Shown in pieces: positions 12,101 through 23,110 of a DNA stretch of 64,000 nucleotides. Where the stretch lies: assembly GCA_010093745.1 (NCBI GenBank), contig MU005983.1:1-64000 (forward strand), given 5' to 3'. Positions within the stretch are counted from its first letter, which is position 1, and each line of letters opens with the position of its first letter. Source of the DNA: Piedraia hortae CBS 480.64 (Eukaryota). The notes under the pieces are model-generated. The model worked only from the letters and a program-made list of their open reading frames with translations. It was not told where the DNA came from and did not search any database. Made by a program: the position numbers and the translations under genes.

Positions 12101-13346
12101 CCCCCAACCACAGCCGGTTTGCGGTCTCCATCTATTGGTATTATCTGTCAATTTTCATCTCCATCCAGTCCAAACACCCATCGCAATATCCTATCCCCAG
12201 AATCCTCGCCGACCAGTACAACACCAGTAGGTAGCACAATAAGGTCGGCCAGGCATCATTCTCGTCTCAACTTGGGCGCGTGCAAGTTCCAGCCTTCAAT
12301 GGAATTTCTCAACGGGCCGAGGGACTTCCTTTCCCTACCCGCACCTTCTGGTTGATTGATTGCTGGCTTCAGCCCTAGTTTGACCATAGCTTCCGCGGTC
12401 GCTTGGAAAGCTAGATGGCTCACCCTGGAAAGTCTTGTAGCTTGGCGCCCGACCCCAATCACGCGTACCCATCGTGTTCTCGTTTTGTGCCAGGAATAGT
12501 AGCTATCACATAGCAGCCTGCGCGATGTTTCTGGGATCTGGGCGTTGACAGGCGTCGCGTGCAGCCATCTCAATCAGCAGTTATGGTCCCAGTCTACCAC
12601 GGATTGCTCACCAGGCTGGTAAGCTGCAGCTCCCACCAATAACTAGCTTGATGTAGGTACTACTTCGTGACTTCCTTCCAAGACTAACGAGAGGGGCAGC
12701 GCCTTGACAGCTTCGATTCTCTTCTACCCCAAGCGCTTGAGTGACCAAGGCATCTGCACGGCGATAGAGTTGACGCGCGGGGGGCAGTGAGGCAGAGTTG
12801 AATCCTGCGTGCGGCTGAAGCTCAGGCATCTGTACAGATAGAACGCAGTGGCAATGATGGGAGACCAAAGGAAAAACTACAGATACGGCACAGCAGGGAA
12901 AACGTAGACAAGCTAATACAGAGTTATCCACACTACACGTTCACCTTCTCCGCGACGCCGCCGACCGCCACGCCAGGCAATGAAAGTGAAGGACATCAAA
13001 AATTACGCCGCCCAGGCCCCCGAAGGAGACTGGCGCCATGTCCTTGCCGCGCTGTGCAATGCAGAAGGCCACGACGGAAGGAGGAGATGCTTGAGCCTCC
13101 CCTTCGCAACAAGGTAAGTATGAAGAGAGAAGAAAAAGGAAGAGGAGCAAGAAATTCTTAAGAAGCTGGCGAACCGCGCTAGCACGGACCTACGTCATGA
13201 TCTGCCAATCGGAAGTCGCGTCAGCGCTGCGCTAGTGGAATCACAGAGCAGAATGATGCATGTGATTACCACCTGGTTCTGGGAGTAGGTGATTTCAGCT
13301 GGACTGTCCGGCTGGGATACAGCCGATAGAGCCGAGCAGTTGTAAC

Positions 13347-15359
13347 ATGGCAGGAGTAATGCCCCCGAAGATCCGTATTGGAACTCTGGTTCCGTCGACG
13401 CGCCCCGTAGGCAAGCCGAAACGCAAGAAGGCAGCGCCGCCGGCCACGCCGTGCGGATGCGACGAACCCGACATTGGCGAAGATGCAGACGATGGCAAGA
13501 CGGTGTGCCGCAACTGTGGAACTCAGATTAGTGAGTGCAACATAGTAAACGAAGTGCAGTTTGAGGAAACGGCAGGCGGGGCGGCGCAGGTACAAGGCGC
13601 TGTGGTGGGCCAACATGCTCGACACGCAAATACGATGGGAGAATGGGGCAGAAGAATGGGCGACTCCAACCGTAGCCGGAGCGTTGAATTGGAGCGGGAG
13701 GCGGCGGCCGTCATTGGAGCGCTGGGGGCGCGGTACGACATAGAAGAAGATATCCGCGCCGAGGCCAAGGGGTTCTTCAGTCTCATTGCCAATAGCACTT
13801 TCCACCGCGGTCGCCGCACAGACCAGATCGCTGGCTGCTGTTTGTATTACGTCTGTCGCAAGCGACCGGAAAAGGCGCTCATGCTGATTGACTTTGCCGA
13901 GCATGTTGGTGCCAACGTGTTCCATTTTGGGGAGTTATACAAGGATCTCCTCAAGAGATACGGTTTCTCGACAGATACGGAATCTAGAGTGCAGCATCTA
14001 ATCGACTGGGAAGAGTTAATTATGAGGTACTGCAAGAAGCTGGACTTTGGCCCTGCCACAAAGGACGTGGCGAGCGATTCGCTGAGGATCCTGAAGCGCA
14101 TGAGACGCGACTGGATTGCGACGGGCAGACACCCGGCTGGCTTGGCTGGAGCCTGTCTCTTGCTGGGAGCGCGCATGAACAACTTCAACCGTAGCGTGCG
14201 TGAAATCGTGTACGTGCTCAAAATCAGCGACCAGACGATTGCCAAGCGCGTCTATGAATTCAGGCAGACTAAATCAGCCACTTTGTCCCTTGCTGAGTTC
14301 AGGGAGAAGGCGCTGAAGATCAAGCACAGCGCGAACCCACCGGCTCTTGAAAATTCGAAGCGAAAGCAGAAGCAGTTTGCAACGTTGAAGCGCAAGAGAT
14401 CGGAGCAGCATGAGCGGTCTGCTGGATTGGACGAGAGCTTGCAGGAGGGTATTCCACCGGAAGTACTGGAAGAGCCACCTCGCAAGCGCGGCAGGCAGTT
14501 CAAACCCGAGCCCGTCGTCCTCACTGACGAGGACCTGATCGAGGAGGCGGTATTGGAGGCCGAAATCCAAGAAACAATGGACGAGGAAGTGGTGCAAGAG
14601 GCTGGCGACGAGGTGTCACGGCAAAAGGCTGCTGACAGGGCCAAGGCGCTCGCGTATCGTGAACGCGAAGCGGCTGACGCCCAGGCACGCAAGAGAAGAG
14701 ACACAGCCGGTATGTCGTCTTGGTGGAATCCTCAGACACCGTCTACGCAACAAACGCTTGCAGACGCCGAGGATGGCATAGAAGGGCACCCGGTTGAAGA
14801 GTACACAGCCGAGCAGTTGGAGTTGGAGTTTTGCAACGACCCCGAAGTCGATAACTGCCTGCTGTCTCAGGAAGAGGTCAAACTGAAAGAGGGCATTTGG
14901 CTGGCACATAACGACGATTGGTTGCGAGAACATTATGCGCGCGAGATGAGGAAGAAAGCGCTTGCCAAAGGGGGCAAAGGAGCAAAGGGGAGAAAGAAAA
15001 AGGGCCGGGCTCAGTCCACGAGAGCAGGCTCGGAGGCACCAAGTCAAGCTGCTGAAGAGCCAGTTCGCATTTCAAAGTATGTTAACCTGGAGTCGCTGAG
15101 CAGTTACTATGGGCAGGAGAATCAAAACAATGGGGACAAGGAAGGCAGTACACCCAGAAGCCAAGGTAACCTTCGTCTCGATGCTGATGGGAACATTGTT
15201 GTTGAGGAATCTGTGCCTGAGGAGCAGCCTGTTGATGATGGCGAGGACTACGAAGCAGAAAACGAAGAGGATGAGAACGCGTTTGAACAGGCGATGGACC
15301 ACGCAGAGGAAGAAGAGCTGTTTGCCAGCGACTCTGAAGGCACTGACCTTTTCGAGTGA
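13347..15359 (+). CDS. BRF1: TFIIIB subunit Brf1
   Basis: N-terminal Zn ribbon (CGC..VCRNCG), TFIIB cyclin repeats (GRRTDQIAGCCLY, GRHPAGLAGA), BRF1 C-terminal domain (DPEVDNCLLSQEEVKLKEGIW, SKYVN). Single ORF. Confidence 0.95.
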   Translation: MAGVMPPKIRIGTLVPSTRPVGKPKRKKAAPPATPCGCDEPDIGEDADDGKTVCRNCGTQISECNIVNEVQFEETAGGAAQVQGAVVGQHARHANTMGEWGRRMGDSNRSRSVELEREAAAVIGALGARYDIEEDIRAEAKGFFSLIANSTFHRGRRTDQIAGCCLYYVCRKRPEKALMLIDFAEHVGANVFHFGELYKDLLKRYGFSTDTESRVQHLIDWEELIMRYCKKLDFGPATKDVASDSLRILKRMRRDWIATGRHPAGLAGACLLLGARMNNFNRSVREIVYVLKISDQTIAKRVYEFRQTKSATLSLAEFREKALKIKHSANPPALENSKRKQKQFATLKRKRSEQHERSAGLDESLQEGIPPEVLEEPPRKRGRQFKPEPVVLTDEDLIEEAVLEAEIQETMDEEVVQEAGDEVSRQKAADRAKALAYREREAADAQARKRRDTAGMSSWWNPQTPSTQQTLADAEDGIEGHPVEEYTAEQLELEFCNDPEVDNCLLSQEEVKLKEGIWLAHNDDWLREHYAREMRKKALAKGGKGAKGRKKKGRAQSTRAGSEAPSQAAEEPVRISKYVNLESLSSYYGQENQNNGDKEGSTPRSQGNLRLDADGNIVVEESVPEEQPVDDGEDYEAENEEDENAFEQAMDHAEEEELFASDSEGTDLFE

Positions 15360-15724
15360 GGGGTTGGTCATCTGGTCCATGGATCGGGCATAAGTGATGT
15401 CTAGACGCCCTGCAGCAACTGTGGGCGAAGAGTGACTTGTACAGTACCAGTTGAGTAGCATCATAACGGCATGTTCCACGTCGTTCCACCTCTCCAGAAG
15501 ATCAAGAAGGTTTGGAGTTTGGGTTCGCAGAACAGAGCGACACATGTGGCAAGCAGCCGAGGAAAGAAGACCCTTCCACAACATGTCAATCCCGGACCAA
15601 TCTAAGCACACAGCAATATGTTATATTTTTCACCGCTCGTGGTCAGCCAAGAATCACCTGACTTAATCTATTGGATGGCTCGTCGGTATAAAAGCCCGTC
15701 TAGGTAAAAGATGGGTAGGAAGTA

Positions 15725-17896
15725 ATGACGCGCAACATCTTCTCCGTGCCATTCCTCATCTTCCTTGCCTTCGTCCAATGCGTCTTTGGACGAATCATAA
15801 CAGATACGCGCCCGGTCGTTAATCATGTAGACAGCGAAGACGATCGCTACCTGCTTGGCGTGGGCAAGGCGGACATCACCGGGCCTGCTGTCGAAGTCAC
15901 ATTCATGGGCTACGCGAACTCCAATCAAGTTGGGACTGGCTTAAGACAAAGGATCTATTCACGCGCTTTCATCATCGGACAAGTCGACGATGCCAAGTCC
16001 CGAATCGTCTATGTGGTGCTGGACATCGGCATGGGCGACACAGCCATACGAAATGGGATCCTCGAGGCTCTTGCAGCCATGGGCGGAGACTATGCAGTGT
16101 ATAACCAGCAAAACGTAGCCATTACAGGTACGCATTCCCACAGCGGGCCTGGAGCCTGGCTGAATTATCTCCTCCCTCAAATCTCAACGAAAGGCTTCGA
16201 CAAGCAATCCTACCAAGCCATCGTCGACGGGGCCGTGAAATCAATCGTCCGCGCCCACGAAAACCTCGCTCCAGGCCATCTCAGCATTGCCGAAACAACA
16301 CTAAACGACGCCAGCATAAACCGCAGTCCTTATGCCTACCTCGCGAACCCACCCGAGGAACGAGCAAAATACTCCTCCTCCGTCGACAAAACCGTGACGG
16401 CCCTCCGCTTCACGCACTCAGCCGGAAACACCGAAATCGGCATCCTAACCTGGTTTGCCGTGCACGGCACAAGCATGTTCTCCAACAACACCCTCGTGAC
16501 CGGCGACAACAAAGGCGTAGCGTCCCTCCTCTTCGAAAAATCCACCAAAAACCCCTCCTTCGTCGCGGGTTTCAGCCAATCCAACGTCGGTGATACCTCA
16601 CCCAACGTCAACGGGGCATACTGCGAATCCGGTCCCTCAGCGGGCCAACAATGCGACTTCCAAACCAGCCTCTGCGACGGTCGCAACGAACCCTGCCACG
16701 GGCGTGGTCCCTTCTTCGGCCCCAACAACGTGGGCACATCCTCCGCCTACGAGATCGGCAAACGCCAGTTTGCCTCGGCTTACAAACTCTGGAGCGCCAG
16801 CTCCAACTTCACACCCGTCCGCGGAGCCATTGTCCGGGGAGCACACCGCTTCGTCGACCTCAGTGGGTACGCATTCCCCCTCCCCAACGGAACACACGTA
16901 CGCACCTGCTCTGGCGCATTGGGGTATAGTTTCGCCGCCGGGACGACGGACGGACCCGGGCAATTCGACTTCAAGCAGAACCAAACCCGCGGGGACGAGA
17001 ACCGCTTCTGGAAGCTCGTCTCGGGCTTTATCCATACCCCCTCTGAGGACCAAAAAACCTGCCAAGGCGCCAAACCCATCCTCCTTGATGTCGGGGAGAC
17101 GAAGACTCCATACGCATGGAGCCCGAACATCGTTGACGTACAGCTCCTCCGCGTGGGAAATCTTTGGATGATCATCTCCCCCGGCGAGGCGACGACCATG
17201 TCGGGACGGAGGTGGAGGGATGCGATCGCCGCGGCGGTGAGTGGTGATGATACGAAAGTTGTACTTGGCGGCCCGGCGAATTCGTATACGCATTACATTG
17301 CTACGGCAGAAGAGTATGCGGTGCAGAGGTATGAGGGCGCGAGTACGCTTTATGGACCTTGGACCCTGGATGCGCAGGTTAATTTGTCGGTTGGGTTGGT
17401 GGGATTTCTTGAGGGGGAGGGAGGGGGCACGCCGCCCCAAGGGCCGACGCCACCGGATAATAGGGGTAAGTCGCTTTCGCTGATTACGGGGGTGGTGTTG
17501 GATGCGGCGCCGCTGGGGAGGAAGTTTGGGGATGTGGTGAGGGATGTGGAGGGGAGGTATGGTAGGGATGCTTCGCCGAGTGTGACGTTTGTGGGCGCGA
17601 ATCCGAGGAATAACCTGCGGTTGGAGGGGACGTTTGCTGTTGTGGAGAGGTTGGGGGGTGATGGGTGGGAGGTATATAGGGATGATAGTGATTGGGCGTT
17701 GACGTATATCTGGAGGAGGACGACGGGGAAGGGTGTGGCTACCAGTGAGGTTGATTTAACTTGGGAGGTTGCCGAGTTTGAGGAAGGATTACCTGCTGGG
17801 GAGACGTACAGGTTTAGGTATTTTGGTGATGCGAAGGGTATTGGGGGGAAGATTACCCCATTTGAGGGAGTGAGTGGGAGGTTTACGATCGGGTAG
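15725..17896 (+). CDS. Neutral/alkaline non-lysosomal ceramidase
   Basis: Signal peptide; YLLGVGKADITGP, THSHSGP, VHGTS, GDTSPN, GEATTMSGRR, YEGASTLYG motifs. Confidence 0.95.
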   Translation: MTRNIFSVPFLIFLAFVQCVFGRIITDTRPVVNHVDSEDDRYLLGVGKADITGPAVEVTFMGYANSNQVGTGLRQRIYSRAFIIGQVDDAKSRIVYVVLDIGMGDTAIRNGILEALAAMGGDYAVYNQQNVAITGTHSHSGPGAWLNYLLPQISTKGFDKQSYQAIVDGAVKSIVRAHENLAPGHLSIAETTLNDASINRSPYAYLANPPEERAKYSSSVDKTVTALRFTHSAGNTEIGILTWFAVHGTSMFSNNTLVTGDNKGVASLLFEKSTKNPSFVAGFSQSNVGDTSPNVNGAYCESGPSAGQQCDFQTSLCDGRNEPCHGRGPFFGPNNVGTSSAYEIGKRQFASAYKLWSASSNFTPVRGAIVRGAHRFVDLSGYAFPLPNGTHVRTCSGALGYSFAAGTTDGPGQFDFKQNQTRGDENRFWKLVSGFIHTPSEDQKTCQGAKPILLDVGETKTPYAWSPNIVDVQLLRVGNLWMIISPGEATTMSGRRWRDAIAAAVSGDDTKVVLGGPANSYTHYIATAEEYAVQRYEGASTLYGPWTLDAQVNLSVGLVGFLEGEGGGTPPQGPTPPDNRGKSLSLITGVVLDAAPLGRKFGDVVRDVEGRYGRDASPSVTFVGANPRNNLRLEGTFAVVERLGGDGWEVYRDDSDWALTYIWRRTTGKGVATSEVDLTWEVAEFEEGLPAGETYRFRYFGDAKGIGGKITPFEGVSGRFTIG

Positions 17897-17996
17897 GGAG
17901 TGGTAGTAGTCTTTTTGAGTCCGTTGGAGGATGGAAACACTGTGTGAAATAGTACATTCGTGGGCATATTGATGAGGGCTAATAAGTACAGGGAAT

Positions 17997-19119
17997 TCAC
18001 TGCGCCTCTCTGTAGAGATGGAGAAATACTCCCTCGTCGTTATCCGCGAGATAAGTCTCTTCCTGCTCCGGCGGTAGCTCGAAGTATTTTCCGTAGCCCG
18101 GGCGGGGATAGTGGTCCGGATGGTCGCCGTAGCTTGGATTGCTTTGGAACGCTATTTCGTCTTGCTCGATGCGCATCTGGTACTCGCTATTATGTGAAAG
18201 TATTGACTGGTCGGGTGTCTCTGTTCCCCTAGCTTGGCGGCGTAAGCTATCAAACACGACACGCGAGTGGTGAGGCGCAAATAGCGTCAGCGTCGGCCGC
18301 TTTGACGATAGATTTGTCAACAGGTCAACTAGAGTGTTGACCGGTAGTGTAGAGAAGTAATGGCGGCGCTGTGGGCGGTTAGTTTTTCCCGTGCGTGAAA
18401 TAGGCAATACAAACCATATGCTCGGGAACACCAGACGCGTTTACCAAACGATTGATCTTAGTGTCCGTCATGTCCGGCGCTGCGGACACCATGCCCGGTA
18501 CCTGCCCCTGCTGCTGTGCGTTCTTCTCGCAGTGACTGCATAACCACTGTGGCGTTTCTCCGCTGATCACGCTGTCATCTATCGGCGGATAATGGCAATA
18601 GCGATGATACGGCGTAGCACAGCTATCACAGTGCACGATTCTGTTACCTTCGAGGCTGACACTGCGAGAGCAATTTTTGCACGCATTGAGATCACGTTTT
18701 CTTCGCTGTCTGCGTGGCTGTCCGTCAGACTGCGGCATGAAACTCGTGGGTTTCTGCACCGATCGTCCCGACTTTGTCATCAGTACCCCTGGGGTGATTA
18801 CTTCCTCGCCGCTCGAGTCCTCTTCGTCATCACTGCCCTCGACACGACGGCGCTTACGCCCGCGTCCGTTGCCGCGTCCGCGATTGCTAGCACCACGAGG
18901 TCTACCTCGTGGTCTTCGCCCGGGGGGAGGGGCTGGAGTTTCGGGATCAGGGACATCATTGACAGAACGCAACAAGACGTCTGCAACAGCTTCTGAAATT
19001 TTAAGCTCTTCTTGTGCGTTTTTCCATTCTTGGGCCAAGGCCGCCGAGGAGAGGGAGGATGCTGGAGAGGATAAAGTTGATTCCTCTTGTGAAAGAGAAC
19101 CGCCTGATGTGCGTGACAT
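17997..19119 (-). CDS. PHD-finger/AT-hook chromatin protein (Phf1/Phf2-like)
   Basis: RPRGRP AT-hook, TKSGRSV, PHD C-x2-C..CDSC..YHRYCH..WLCSHC. Intron 18414-18369 (GTTTGT..CTAAC..CAG) joins the two ORFs in frame. Confidence 0.8.
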
Positions 19120-19459
19120 TTTTTTTTGTTAGTTTTTGGTTGAAACACTTGTCGCTGTGATGCGAAATAACGTTTTTACTTCGAGTCTAGACAAAGTGGT
19201 AACCTTGATGGTGCATGACATGTATTTTGTATCGTTGTGGGAAAGTAACGCACAGCGTGACTCGCGGGGCTCCGCGTGGTTTTTGTGTCAGCCCCGTATT
19301 CACGATCAGTCTCGTGAGGTCAGGAAAGATTAGCGTGAATACGATTTCCTGAGTCACCACCGGGGGAAATGGGAAATGTCAGTGTAGGCGGCAGGACCCG
19401 CGCGGAAAACGTTCCGCCGCTGTATGTTCAGCAACTTCCAAAGATATTTGGAGACAAAC

Positions 19460-21700
19460 ATGCCTCACTACGTCTACGATATCAAGCCCCCAGCAGAGCC
19501 GAAACCGGCAAAACAACCGCCTACACGAATCTACACCTTGTCAGAGCCGCCATACCGTCGACAACCACCGAGAGATGGAACTCAATATCACAATGGCGCG
19601 CCAGACACGGCGATTGTCATCGACAACGGGTCATCAGCAGTGCGTGCGGGATGGCAAACAGACGGTGACCCGCGACTGCAGTTCCCTCCGTTAATGGCGC
19701 GGTACAACGAACGCAAACTATCGCGTAAAGTGTGCTACGTAGGAAGCGAGGTTTACTTAGACGGCACCGCCCGAGGACAGGCAAAAAGTGCGTATGAACC
19801 CGGCAGCAACATTGTCAACAACTGGGACGTGCAAGAAGGAATTTTCGACTATATTTTCGTGAAGCTTGGCATCGACGGGGACGCGGGGGTGGACCGCCCC
19901 GTTGTACTGACTGAACCGCTCGGAAATTTGCCCTATGCGCGCAAAGTCATGAGCGAGATGATGTATGAGCTGTACAGTGTTCCCAAAGTTGCATACGGAG
20001 TCGATTGCCTTTTCAGCTATGACTTCAATGGCGGCCGTACGGGGCTCGTAGTCTCGGGCGGGAACACGAGCACAAATTTAATCCCAGTAGTCGACGGACA
20101 GCCGCTGGTCGCCTTTGCCTCCCGCCTAGACTGGGGCAGATCTCACTGTGTCGAGTACCTTCAGCAGCTACTCAAGGCAAAGTACCCAGGCTTACTGGCA
20201 CAAGGCAAGGTCACAGATACGCAGATAGAAGATCTCGTCAGGGACCACTGCTACGTCAGCCGGGACTATGCAAATGACATGCTGCGTATGCTGGATTGGA
20301 CCGGCCTCGAAGATCGGGACATGATTGTGCAGCTGCCGTTCCAGGAAAAGGAGGTCGTGGCCAAGACGGAGGAGGAGCTGCGATTGGCAGAGGAGAGGCG
20401 GGTGGAGAATGCCCGTCGGCTGCGGGAACAGGCGGCTAAGATGCGACTTGATAGGCTTATTCGTAAAGAGCAAGAGCTGGAATATCTCAAGCAGCTGCAA
20501 CGGCAGATCAGTGAGGCATCTACCAAAAAAGAAAAGCATGCGTTGCTGGAGGATGGTGAGTTCAAAGACGAGAATCAGCTGGATCGCCGAATTAAGGAGT
20601 CGGAAAAGTCGATCCGGAAGCAGAGGAACAAGGATGTCGGGGACGTAGAAGATGAAGTTCCGACCTATCCTCTGCTGGATATACCGGATGATCAGCTAGA
20701 CGAAGAAGAATTGAAACAAAAGCGACAACAGCGTCTACTCAAGAGCAACCACGAGGCACGAGCAAGAGCAAAGGCAGAAAAGGCAGCAGAAAAGGAGCGG
20801 CAGGCAGAGATACAACGCAAGGACGATGAGCGGAGAGAGGCCGACCTTGATGGCTGGCTGGACGAGCGAAGGGCGGCATACCAGACAACTCTACAGCGCA
20901 TCAAGGAACGCGACCGCCTGAAAGCCGACCTCGGCAACCGTAAGTCGCAGGCGAGTCAGATGCGGATGAAGCAGATTGCAACTTTAGCTTCGGACAACCC
21001 GTTGGGCCGCAAACGGCGACGCGGACAGGACAAGAACGACGACGGCTTCGGGGCCGACGATGCCGATTGGATGGTTTACAGAGACATTCAGGCAGGGCGA
21101 AACGACGACGACGAGGAGGACGAGGAGGAAGATTTGGATGGACAGATTCAAACTCTCGAAGCGCAGCTTCTCCAATACGATCCACACTTTACTGAGCAAA
21201 GCACGCAACGGGCACAAAAGGACTGGACCAAGAGTCTTGTCCACAGCTTTCTGCGGGGACCGTGGCCGTTTGATGCCAACAGCGCGCGCGAGGCCAACCA
21301 GATGCACATCAACGTAGAGCGCATTCGCGTGCCCGAAGTTATCTTCCAGCCTAACATGGCAGGTGTCGACCAAGCGGGCATCGTGGAGATTGCAGACGAT
21401 TTGTTGCGCACTCGACTAGACGGCCATGCGGCGCAGGCAGCGGTGGTGCAGGACGTCTTCTTAACAGGCGGCTACGCGCTGTTCGCGGGGCTCAGTCAAC
21501 GCCTTGCGCAAGAGCTGAGGGCCATCTGCCCTGCCGAACAGCCGATCCACGTGCGCAGCGCACGCGATCCCTTACTGGACGCTTGGCGAGGCGCAGCAGC
21601 GTGGGCGGGCCGGGACGAGTCCAGGCGCGCTTTTGTCACCCGTCAGGAATGGATGGAGAAGGGGCAAGAGTATCTGTGCGAGCACAGGCTAGGAACGTAA
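19460..21700 (+). CDS. ARP5: Actin-related protein 5 (INO80 complex)
   Basis: IVIDNGS actin-fold start, long charged insertion, FGADDADW..Y, NVERIRVPEVIFQP. ATG 19460 preferred over 19424. Confidence 0.93.
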   Translation: MPHYVYDIKPPAEPKPAKQPPTRIYTLSEPPYRRQPPRDGTQYHNGAPDTAIVIDNGSSAVRAGWQTDGDPRLQFPPLMARYNERKLSRKVCYVGSEVYLDGTARGQAKSAYEPGSNIVNNWDVQEGIFDYIFVKLGIDGDAGVDRPVVLTEPLGNLPYARKVMSEMMYELYSVPKVAYGVDCLFSYDFNGGRTGLVVSGGNTSTNLIPVVDGQPLVAFASRLDWGRSHCVEYLQQLLKAKYPGLLAQGKVTDTQIEDLVRDHCYVSRDYANDMLRMLDWTGLEDRDMIVQLPFQEKEVVAKTEEELRLAEERRVENARRLREQAAKMRLDRLIRKEQELEYLKQLQRQISEASTKKEKHALLEDGEFKDENQLDRRIKESEKSIRKQRNKDVGDVEDEVPTYPLLDIPDDQLDEEELKQKRQQRLLKSNHEARARAKAEKAAEKERQAEIQRKDDERREADLDGWLDERRAAYQTTLQRIKERDRLKADLGNRKSQASQMRMKQIATLASDNPLGRKRRRGQDKNDDGFGADDADWMVYRDIQAGRNDDDEEDEEEDLDGQIQTLEAQLLQYDPHFTEQSTQRAQKDWTKSLVHSFLRGPWPFDANSAREANQMHINVERIRVPEVIFQPNMAGVDQAGIVEIADDLLRTRLDGHAAQAAVVQDVFLTGGYALFAGLSQRLAQELRAICPAEQPIHVRSARDPLLDAWRGAAAWAGRDESRRAFVTRQEWMEKGQEYLCEHRLGT

Positions 21701-22055
21701 CGTGCGCCTGCCCCTTTTTGTCCCCTCATGTACAGTCACACAAAGAAAGTAATGCGGGTGGGCTGCATGTCAGACAGCCGCAAACGGGCTATTGTTCCAA
21801 AAGCGGACAGAAATCAGCACAGCAACCATAAATCAGCACAGCAACCGTCTATGCACCCGTCCGGAGAATAGCGAAGCGATCAAAAGCATAAACGCTGTTT
21901 TACGTGCAGGAAAAAGTCAACCTTATAGTGCCCGCTGTAGCGTCAGCTGAAGGGGAGCTGAACAAGCGAGTCATTCTGCGAGATATGTACTATGCTTCTT
22001 CCCCTTTGCCCTGTCCATTCGCAAAACACATCTTCGATTAGCTTCCATCTGAACA

Positions 22056-22878
22056 ATGTCCTGGACACCCGATCCCCCGAGGAAGAGTAAACCGCTGGTC
22101 TCTTTGATCACGACGTGCGTATCCACAACCCACCTTCCATGCACCTCCTCTAAACGGAAACAGATACTCGGTCGCCGCAACCGCACGATCCAAGCTCGGT
22201 CGCGAGGCAAACAGGTCGGACCACAACCTGCGCGTGCTCGTCGGTCATGCAAACTTCCTGGACTCGCTCATGCTGCAGCTTCAGGAAGCCGAGCGGGAGC
22301 GCAACGAGTGGTGTCGATCCTTTAGCGTGGACCGAATCGAAGAACTAGCAGAAGATGACGACGACGACAAAGAAGAAGAAGAAGATGATGATGATGAAGA
22401 AGAAAAAGAAGGCATCTTCCAAATCCCACTACACAGACAAGATTCCCTCGACTGCAGCTATGATGCCGATGCCGAAGACGAGGCTTCGGAGGATGGTGAT
22501 GATGATGTCGACGATGAGGCCGACCATCAAACCAATGACGACACTCAAGTCACACCCACTAAACCCATCAACGAAGTGGATGCCCCACACTCAACATACT
22601 CTTCATATGCTGCCTACCCAGAAGATTACTTCGACGAAGACGAAGGGGACTATGCCCTCGGCAGGGTCAGCTCGAGACTTCCGGACCTGCTGCAGGACGA
22701 ATCTGATACGGAGGAAGAAGACCAGGGTCCCGTCTCGCCACCTCCTCATGATGCCGAACCGCGCATGACCATACCCACTCCATCCCCATCCTCTCCAGCC
22801 GCAGGCGAAAAGAGCAGACCAGTCCGTCCAAAAGTGAAACGGCCATTTGCGCCCCTCTGCGCTCCGATATCTGTTTAA
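22056..22878 (+). CDS. Ecm13-like acidic protein
   Basis: Intron 22115-22163 gives SLITTYSVAATARSKLGREANRSDHNLRVLVGHANFLDSLM, the Ecm13-family N-terminal motif, followed by an acidic disordered tail. Confidence 0.75.
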
Positions 22879-23110
22879 CGCTGTCATCAGTCGTGAAAAA
22901 TCAAATGTGAAGGGGAGTGAAGTTATGGAGGAGGGATGAAATTATGATTCAGCAGATAGCAGTCATGCATGTATTTTTATGTCAATGGGAGAAACGCTCA
23001 CCTCTAACTTCGTACCAAGTGTTTCAATACAGCGCTAACGACCATTAAACGTAAATCGTAAGACAATGCACAACATATCCTACACCCCCTCAACCTCCTC
23101 AGATTCCCCC

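Noticed and set aside
13240..13290. Possible Starship boundary (TTAC at 13266)
   Set aside because: A 4-mer is expected by chance, and no captain recombinase or matching end is in the window.
21811..21847. 17-bp direct duplication aaatcagcacagcaacc
   Set aside because: A simple local slippage duplication with no further structure.
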